Below, piece by piece: positions 57,552-64,000 of a stretch of 64,000 bases of DNA. Position numbers and translations under genes: made by a program. This stretch comes from an uncultured Actinomycetota bacterium (lineage in GTDB: Bacteria > Actinomycetota > Actinomycetes > JACCUZ01): NCBI GenBank assembly GCA_963829565.1, contig CAWHJC010000014.1:37601-101600 (forward strand), read 5' to 3'. The notes beneath the pieces are model-generated. The model saw nothing but the letters and a program-made list of their open reading frames with translations, did no database searches and was not told where the DNA came from. Position 1 is the first letter of the stretch. Each line of letters begins with the position of its first letter.

Positions 57552-58340
57552 GTGATCCTCCTGGCGCTTCGCCTGCGCTCTGCTCGGCCTGCTCGTCGGG
57601 TCGTTCCTCAACGTCGTCATCTGGCGGGTGCCCGCGAGGCGAGTCGGTGGTCAGCCCGCCGTCGCACTGCCCAGGCTGCGACGCGGCCGGTGCGGCCGCG
57701 GGACAACGTCCCGGTCGTCAGCTGGCTGCTGCTGCGGGGCCGGTGCCGCGACTGCGGCGAGCCCATCAGCGCCCGGTACCCGCTCGGTCGAGCTCGGCGA
57801 CGGCGGTGGTCTTCGCGGCCCTCGCCGTGCGGCTCGGCGTTCGACGCGGCGCTGCCCGCATTCCTCTACCTGGGCGCCATCGGGGTTGCTCTGGCGCTCA
57901 TCGACATCGACACCAAGCGGCTGCCCGACGTCGATCGTCCTCCCGTCGTACGTCGTGGCTGCCGTCCTCCTCGGCCTCGCTGCGGTCGTCGCCGGTGACG
58001 ACGAGGACGCTGCTACGGGCCGTGATGGGCATGGCGGGCCTCTACGCCTTCTACTTCGCCCTCGCCTTCGTCTACCCAGCCGGCATGGGCTTCGGTGACG
58101 TCAAGCTGGCCGGCGTGCTCGGCCTCTATCTGGGCTGGCTGGGCTGGGCCGAGGTCGTCGCAGGAGGGTTCCTCGGGTTCCTCTTCGGCGGTGTCGTGGG
58201 CGGCGTGCTGATGGCGGTCCGCCGGGCAGGGCGCAAGTCGAAGATCCCCTTCGGGCCGTTCATGCTCGCCGGCGCTTTCGTCGCGATCCTCTGGGGCGGT
58301 GCTTTGGCAGACCTTTACCTCGATCACGTCCTCGACCTGA
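57552..58340 (+). CDS. pilD: Prepilin peptidase / N-methyltransferase (A24), frameshifted
   Basis: [55 protein letters not shown]. Confidence 0.9.
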
Positions 58341-58348
58341 TCCGAACG

Positions 58349-58377
58349 CTCAAGCCGACCGGCCCAGATCGGCCGAT
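58349..58377 (+). promoter_or_regulatory. Possible sigma28-like promoter CTCA-N19-GCCGAT before pilM
   Basis: GCTCAAG...GCCGAT in pilD-pilM gap; longer spacer. Confidence 0.45.
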
Positions 58378-58446
58378 CCCCCTTCTTGACATGGCCCCCA
58401 TCGGGGCCACCACGCGGCTCCGGCCGCACGTGGGAGGGGAAGCGTC

Positions 58447-59513
58447 GTGGCAGGTCGATCCGCCATCGGTCTCGACATCGGGACCTCGGGCGTACGCGCC
58501 GCCGAGCTGTCGTTCGGCAAGGGTCAGGTCACCTTGGAGAAGTTCGGCCAGGTGGCCTTCCCGAGGGTGCCGTGCGGGACGGGGAGGTCGTCGACCCCGA
58601 CGCCGTCGCCGCCGCCATCAAGCAGCTCTGGGCACACACGAAGTTCAGCAGCAAGAAGGTCGTCATCGGCGTCGCGAACCAGAAGGTCATCGTGCGCCAG
58701 GTCGACCTGCCCTGGATGGCGGCTGACGAGCTGAAGAAGTCGCTGGCCTTCCAGGTCCAGGACTTCGTGCCGATGCCGGTCGAGCAGGCAGTGCTCGACT
58801 TCCACCCGCTCGAGGAGCTGACCGCCGACGGCGGCAACCGCATCCTGCGCGGCCTGCTCGTCGCCGCCTCCCGCGAGATGGTGCACGCGAGCCTCGACGC
58901 GGTGCAGAAGGCCGGCCTCTCCGCCGGCGATGGTCGACCTCACCTCGTTCGCCGTGATCCGTTCGCTCGCCGACGCCGACCACCTCGGCATCGGGCGCGC
59001 AGGTCGAGGCGCTCGTCGACGTCGGCGCCCGGGTCACCAACATCGTCGTCCACCAGGGCGGCGTGCCGCGCTTCGTGCGCATCCTGCTGATGGGCGGCCA
59101 GGACGTCACCGATGCCGTCGCCGAGCGGATGGGCGTCCCGCAGGAGCAGGCCGAAGCGATCAAGCAGCAGCTCGGGCTCGGCGCTCGCGGGCGACGGCAT
59201 GGACATCCAGGCCGCCAGCCGAGTCGTCGAGGCCGTCGGCGCCGCCTTCGTCGACGAGGTCCGCGGCTCGCTCGACTACTACCTCGCGTCCAGCGGGTCG
59301 GCCCCGATCAGCCGGCTCGTCCTCACCGGCGGCGGAGCACGGCTCGGCGGCCTCGCGCAGCGGCTGCAGGTCACCACCCGCGTCCCGGTCGAGGTCGGCA
59401 CCCCCATGCACAGCCTGCAGGTCGGACGCACCGGCCTCTCCCCGGAGCAGATCGCATTCGTCGAGCCGCTGGCCGCCGTGCCGGTCGGCCTGGCCCTCGG
59501 AGCGGCATCATGA
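58447..59513 (+). CDS. pilM: Type IV pilus alignment protein PilM (indels)
   Basis: IGLDIGTSGVRAAEL, IVRQVDLP, VDVGARVTN, EVRGSLDYY, LVLTGGGA, AVPVGLALG. Confidence 0.93.
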
Positions 59514-60196
59514 GCACCCTGACCGCCACCCGCGTCGCGACGCTGCCGCGGGTCAACCTGCTGCCGCCGGAGATCGAGGAGCAGCGCCGGTTCCGGAAGG
59601 TGCAGGTCGGCCTCGGCGCCGGCGTCGTCGCTGCGCTGGGCGCCGTCGGGGCGCTGACCCTGCTGGCCATCGGCCAGGTCGGGGACGCGCAGGACGAGCT
59701 CGACGCGAGCAAGGCCCAGAAGACAGTGCTGCAGGCGAAGGCGAACGAGTACGCCGAGGTGCCTCACGTGCTACGCGCAGGTCGAGGCCGCCCAGGCCCA
59801 GCTGTCGCAGGCCATGGGCCAGGAGGTCCGCTGGTCGTACTTCCTGAACGACCTGAGCCTCAAGACCCCGAGCAAGGTGTGGCTCACCAAGATGACGGTG
59901 ACCCAGAACGTCGATGCCGCTTCTGGCGTGATCACCGCCCGGCGCCGGCGCCCGGACGAGCCAGTGGGCCGAGCCGGGCATGGGTCGGTCGATGTTCGAG
60001 GGCAAGGCGATCGCCCACAACGACGTGGCCGCGTGGCTCGACGCGCTCGCCAAGCAGAAGGGCCTGACCCAGCCGTACTTCACCAAGTCCGAGGCCGAGC
60101 TCATCGGCAGCGAGACGGCCGTGTCGTTCGACGAGCCAGGCGACGATCACCGAGGACGCTCTCTCGGGTCGATACACGCAGAAGGCGGGCAGCTGA
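59510..60196 (+). CDS. pilN: Type IV pilus alignment protein PilN (indels)
   Basis: LPRVNLLPPE (PilM-binding INLLP motif), TM helix, WSYFLNDLSLKTPSKVWLT. Confidence 0.88.
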
Positions 60197-60197
60197 C

Positions 60198-60935
60198 ATG
60201 ACGGTTACACGGAAGTGGTCGCTGCTCGCGGCGGTTCTCGTCGTAGCGATCTTCGCCGGAGGCTGGTTCCTCCTCATCGCGCCCAAGCGCGCCGAGGCGA
60301 CCAAGCTCGAAGGCAAGACGGTGGGCCAGGAGGAAGACAACGCCCGCGCTGCGGCAGCAGATCCAGGTGCTGCAGGCCCAGCAGGAGGACCTCCCCGAGC
60401 AGCGTGCAGTGCTTGCCGGCATCAAGAAGCAGCTCCCTGACAACCCGGCGCTGCCCACGCTGATCCGCAACCTGACCGCGGCCGGTCGGGACGTCGGTGC
60501 AAGCGTCGACGCCATGACGCCGGCGCTTCCGGAGGCCGTCGTCCAGGCGCTCGCCCCGGTCGTCGTCGCGACGCCGGCACCGAGGCGGGGTCGGACACGG
60601 AAGGACGACCGGATCGGGTACGGCCGACACGACGTCGACCGGCACCACGACCACCGCCGCAGCCGCGGCACCGCCGGCCGATGTCCTCTACCAGGTCCCG
60701 TTGACGGTCAAGGTCACCGGCAGCTACTTCGAGCTCGAGCAGTTCGTCTCGAAGCTCGAGGGCCTTCGTCGCTCGTTCCTCGTGACGGGCTTCACCGTCG
60801 GTGAGCGCCACCGACAGCGTCGTCGCCGAGGGTGACCTCGAGATCGCGCTGACGGGCCGGGTCTTCCTGACCCGGCCGGGAACCGCAACCACCACCACGC
60901 CTGTGCCGGTCGCTTCAACGCCGGCCGCCGAGTAG
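60198..60935 (+). CDS. pilO: Type IV pilus alignment protein PilO (indels)
   Basis: TM helix GWFLLIAPK; KQLPDNPALPTLIRNL; VTGSYFELEQFVSKLEGLRRSFLV. Confidence 0.85.
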
Positions 60936-60951
60936 AGACCCGGAGACGGAC

Positions 60952-61636
60952 ATGACTGAGTCGAGCTTCCCGTTCGAGGGGTCGGTCGCGCTGGCACCGG
61001 AGCAGGGCGCTTCGGCGCCCGCGGACGGCGGCGACCGGACCAAGCTGCTGGCACTGGGCGGCCTCGCGGTCGTCCTTGTGCTGGCGGTCCTGGCCTACTT
61101 CCTCCTCTTCGCCGGCGGCGGTGACAGCGGCGACGACGCCGTCGTGCCGCCGAGGCAGTCCACTGGAGCTGAGGTGCCGGCGGCCGAGCCGCCCGCCGCA
61201 GCTGCACCGAAGGTCAAGAAGGAGCGTCTCTCGGCCAAGTCGTTCGGTCGGGACCCCTTCAAGGCCCTCATCGTCGAGGAGCGAGGCCGCCGTTGCGTCG
61301 ACGGTGGACTCGACCGTGACGGCCGCTTCCACGGAAACGACCGTCGCGCCCGTTTCGGCGACGAGCGGCGGGACCACCGGAAGCACCACCCCGGTCGCCC
61401 CGGAGACCAGCGTGCCGCGCGAGTCGACCTCGCACACCTTCAAGGTCGTCGCGGTGGCGCCGGACAGCAGCACCATCACGGTGCGGGTCGACGGCAAGAT
61501 CTACCGGAACCTCAAGGCCGGAGATGTGTTCGCGAAGTTCTTCAAGGTCCGCCTGATCAGCGGGCAGGTGAACTCCTTCCAGTTCGGCGAGGAGAAGTTC
61601 AACGTCATCGGATTCAAGAGGCTCACGATCGCCTGA
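60952..61636 (+). CDS. Single-TM protein with S/T-rich linker and small beta domain, in the PilP position (frameshift ~61285)
   Basis: TM; GRDPFKAL; C-terminus TFKVVAV...[23 protein letters not shown]. Confidence 0.7.
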
Positions 61637-61654
61637 CCCCCACACCGCACCACC

Positions 61655-61691
61655 ACAGGCGCGCTGCCCGCACTGCGGGCAGCGCGCCTGT
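61655..61691 (+). terminator. 18-bp perfect hairpin closing the pilus locus
   Basis: ACAGGCGCGCTGCCCGCA-C-TGCGGGCAGCGCGCCTGT. Confidence 0.75.
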
Positions 61692-61721
61692 CTGCGTGAG
61701 CGAGTCTGCGAGGATCACCGC

Positions 61722-62904
61722 ATGCTGCGCTGGCTGACCGCGGGGGAGTCGCACGGGCCTGCCCTGCTCGCGACGCTGGAGGGCCTTCCCGCCGGCGTGC
61801 ACGTGACGACCGAGGGACTCGCCGACGCCCTCGCCCGGCGCCGTCTCGGGCACGGCCGCGGCGCCCGGATGTCCTTCGAGCGCGACGAGGTCGAGCTGCT
61901 CGGCGGTGTCCGGCACGGGGTGACCCAGGGCGGTCCGGTCGCGGTCCGCATCGGCAACACCGAGTGGCCGAAGTGGGACCGCGTCATGAGCGCCGACCCG
62001 GTCGACGCCGACGAGCTGGCCGGGCTCGCGCGCAACGCGCCGCTCTCCCGGCCACGGCCGGGGCACGCCGACCTCGCCGGCATGCAGAAGTACGGCTTCG
62101 ACGACGCGCGGCCGGTGCTCGAGCGGGCCAGCGCGCGGGAGACCGCCGCCCGGGTCGCTCTCGGCGCGGTCGCCCAGGCCTTCCTGGCCCAGGCGCTGGA
62201 CGTCCGCCTGGTGTCCCACGTCGTCGCGATCGGGCTGGCGGAGGCGCCCGACGGCGTCTGGCCACGAGCCCGACGACGTCGAGCGCCTCGACGGCGACCC
62301 GGTCCGCTGCCTCGACCCGGACGCGAGCGCCGCGATGGTCGCCGAGATCGACGCTGCGCATCGCGACGGTGACACGCTCGGCGGCGTGGTCGAGGTGCTC
62401 GCGTACGGCCTCCCGCCCGGCCTCGGCAGCCACGTGCACTGGGACCGCCGGCTCGACTCCCGGCTCGCCGGCGCCCTGATGGGCATCCAGGCGATCAAGG
62501 GGGTCGCGGTCGGCGACGGATTCGAGTCGGCCCGGCGCCGCGGGTCCCAGGCGCACGACGAGATCGAGCGTGCGCCGGACGGAACCCTGCACCGGCGGAC
62601 CGCCCGCGCCGGAGGCATCGAGGGCGGGATGTCGACCGGCGAGCCGCTGCGGGTGCGCGCCGCGATGAAGCCGATCTCGACCGTCCCGCGGGCGCTGGAC
62701 ACGGTCGACGTCTCGACCGGCGAGCCCGCGCAGGCGATCAGCCAGCGCAGCGACGTGTGCGCGGTCCCCGCGGCCGGCGTGGTCGCCGAGGCGATGGTCG
62801 CCCTGACCCTGGCCGACCTCGCGCTGGAGAAGTTCGGCGGCGACTCGGTCACCGAGACGGCGCGCAACGCCTCGGCCTACCTCGAGAGCCTCACGGTCCG
62901 GTGA
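61722..62904 (+). CDS. aroC: Chorismate synthase (frameshift ~62265)
   Basis: [60 protein letters not shown]. Confidence 0.95.
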
Positions 62905-63408
62905 TGCCACCTCGTCTGGTGCTCGTCGGACCGCCCGGGTCGGGCAAGTCGACCGTCGCGCGGCTGGTGGCCGAGCGACTCGGCAGCACGGCACGCGACA
63001 CCGACGACGACGTGGAGCGCACGGCCGGCGCGACGGTCGGCGACATCTTCGTGGAGCACGGCGAGGACGAGTTCCGGCGACTGGAGGCGCGCCGCGGTCG
63101 AGGTGGCGCTGGCCGAGCACGACGGGGTCCTCGCCCTCGGTGGTGGAGCGGTCCTCGACGAACGTACGCGGGAACGGTTGCTCGGCCAGACCGTCGTGTT
63201 CCTCGACGTCACCATCAAGGACGCCGCGTCACGCATCGGGCTGAACCGCGACCGGCCGCTGCTGCTCGGCAACCCGCGGGCCCAGTGGATCCGTCTGATG
63301 GCGGCGCGCCGCCCGGTCTACGAGCAGGTCGCCCAGGCCCGGGTCGACACGGACGGCAAGGACGCGGAGCAGGTCGCCGACGAGGTCGTCGCCGCGCTGA
63401 TCAGTTGA
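62904..63408 (+). CDS. aroK: Shikimate kinase (frameshift ~63090)
   Basis: GPPGSGKSTV, IFVEHGEDEFRRLE, LALGGGAV, NRDRPLL, RRPVYEQVA. Confidence 0.92.
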
Positions 63409-63790
63409 TGACCTCAATGCTCGCCTGGTGGCCGGCAGACCTGGCGAGTCGCCCGTCTGTCGTGAGCAGTGGAGCGTCGATCGCCTCGGCGAGGGCTATG
63501 TAGACGCCGTCGTAGGCAGCGATGTTCGATCGAAGCTCCCAGGCGCGTTGCAGGAAAGGTTCGTGGCGCCAGCGCCGGATCAACAGGGCTTCGAGGTCGA
63601 CGAGGCAGGCGCGCGCCACGTTCTCCGCGACATCGCCCATCGAGACGAGCCGACGCAGGGCCTGAGTCACTTCGACGGACATCAGGTGGGGGGCGTTGAG
63701 CCGATACGACTGGACCCGCCGACGCACTGCGTCACCTGCGGGGGTTCCCAGGAGCATCTCCACGGTCGCGGACGCGTCGAGGACGATCAC
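63401..63790 (-). CDS. vapC: VapC-family PIN domain toxin
   Basis: IVLDASATVE, APHLMSVEV, YDGVYIALAE, LLTTDGRL. Confidence 0.9.
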   Translation of the reverse strand: MIVLDASATVEMLLGTPAGDAVRRRVQSYRLNAPHLMSVEVTQALRRLVSMGDVAENVARACLVDLEALLIRRWRHEPFLQRAWELRSNIAAYDGVYIALAEAIDAPLLTTDGRLARSAGHQASIEVIN

Positions 63791-64000
63791 CTGCTGTCGC
63801 GCTCGGCCCGGATGATGTCGGCAGCCGACACGGGCAGCGGAGGTCGCCGGCGTTCGGCGAGGCGGGCGAACACCTCATCCTGAGTGGGCTGCTCCGCTAG
63901 GCGCCGGAGCTCGTCAAGCGCGTAGTCCGACAGGGACATGCCGGCAAGGGCAGCCCGGGACTTGAGCGTGCGGTGCACCTCATCCGGCACGCGCCGGATC
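63787..64000 (-). CDS. Ribbon-helix-helix antitoxin (FitA/VapB-like), 5' end beyond window
   Basis: IRRVPDEVHRTLKSRAALAGMSLSDYAL; ATGA-type overlap with toxin start. Confidence 0.85.
   Translation of the reverse strand, partial: IRRVPDEVHRTLKSRAALAGMSLSDYALDELRRLAEQPTQDEVFARLAERRRPPLPVSAADIIRAERDSR

Noticed and set aside
1948-63408. Programmed frameshifting or pseudogenes
   Set aside because: Breaks are scattered, hit essential genes and lack a shared slippery motif; sequencing error is simpler
1-64000. tRNA, rRNA, integrase or prophage genes
   Set aside because: None recognised by eye; tRNAscan-SE and cmscan would be needed to exclude small RNAs

Overview
Very GC-rich actinobacterial chromosomal window. 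Bases 1-44.5 kb hold the conserved thrS-HIT-(EF-G2)-pgsA-patA-pimA-pdxST-yebC-ruvCAB-yajC-secDF-apt-relA-DUF349-PPIase-MBL-hisS-aspS-MMPL-rarA-alaS-ruvX-mltG-aroE backbone. Between aroE and aroC (44.5-61.7 kb) lies a complete monoderm type IVa pilus locus: pilB, pilT, pilC, two pilins, four minor pilins, pilD, pilMNO and a PilP-position gene. It is headed by a roadblock/LC7 + DUF4388 + MglA-like small GTPase module. The major pilin carries a class I c-di-GMP (GEMM) riboswitch, and a sigma28/WhiG-like motif (CTCA-N17/19-[G/A]CCGA) recurs before five pilus transcription units. The window ends with aroC, aroK and a convergent VapBC-type toxin-antitoxin pair. Accessory items are an AbiEi/DUF559-like nuclease gene flanked by 59-bp inverted repeats, an HTH + Clp-N gene pair with twin palindromic operators, REP-like palindromes, a LexA-like box before ruvC, and a ~390-aa Pro-rich repeat extension on DUF349. 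Many genes, including essential ones, are broken by small indels. These are most likely long-read assembly errors, so many boundaries were reconstructed by eye and are approximate. Family names come from motif recognition; no database searches were run.
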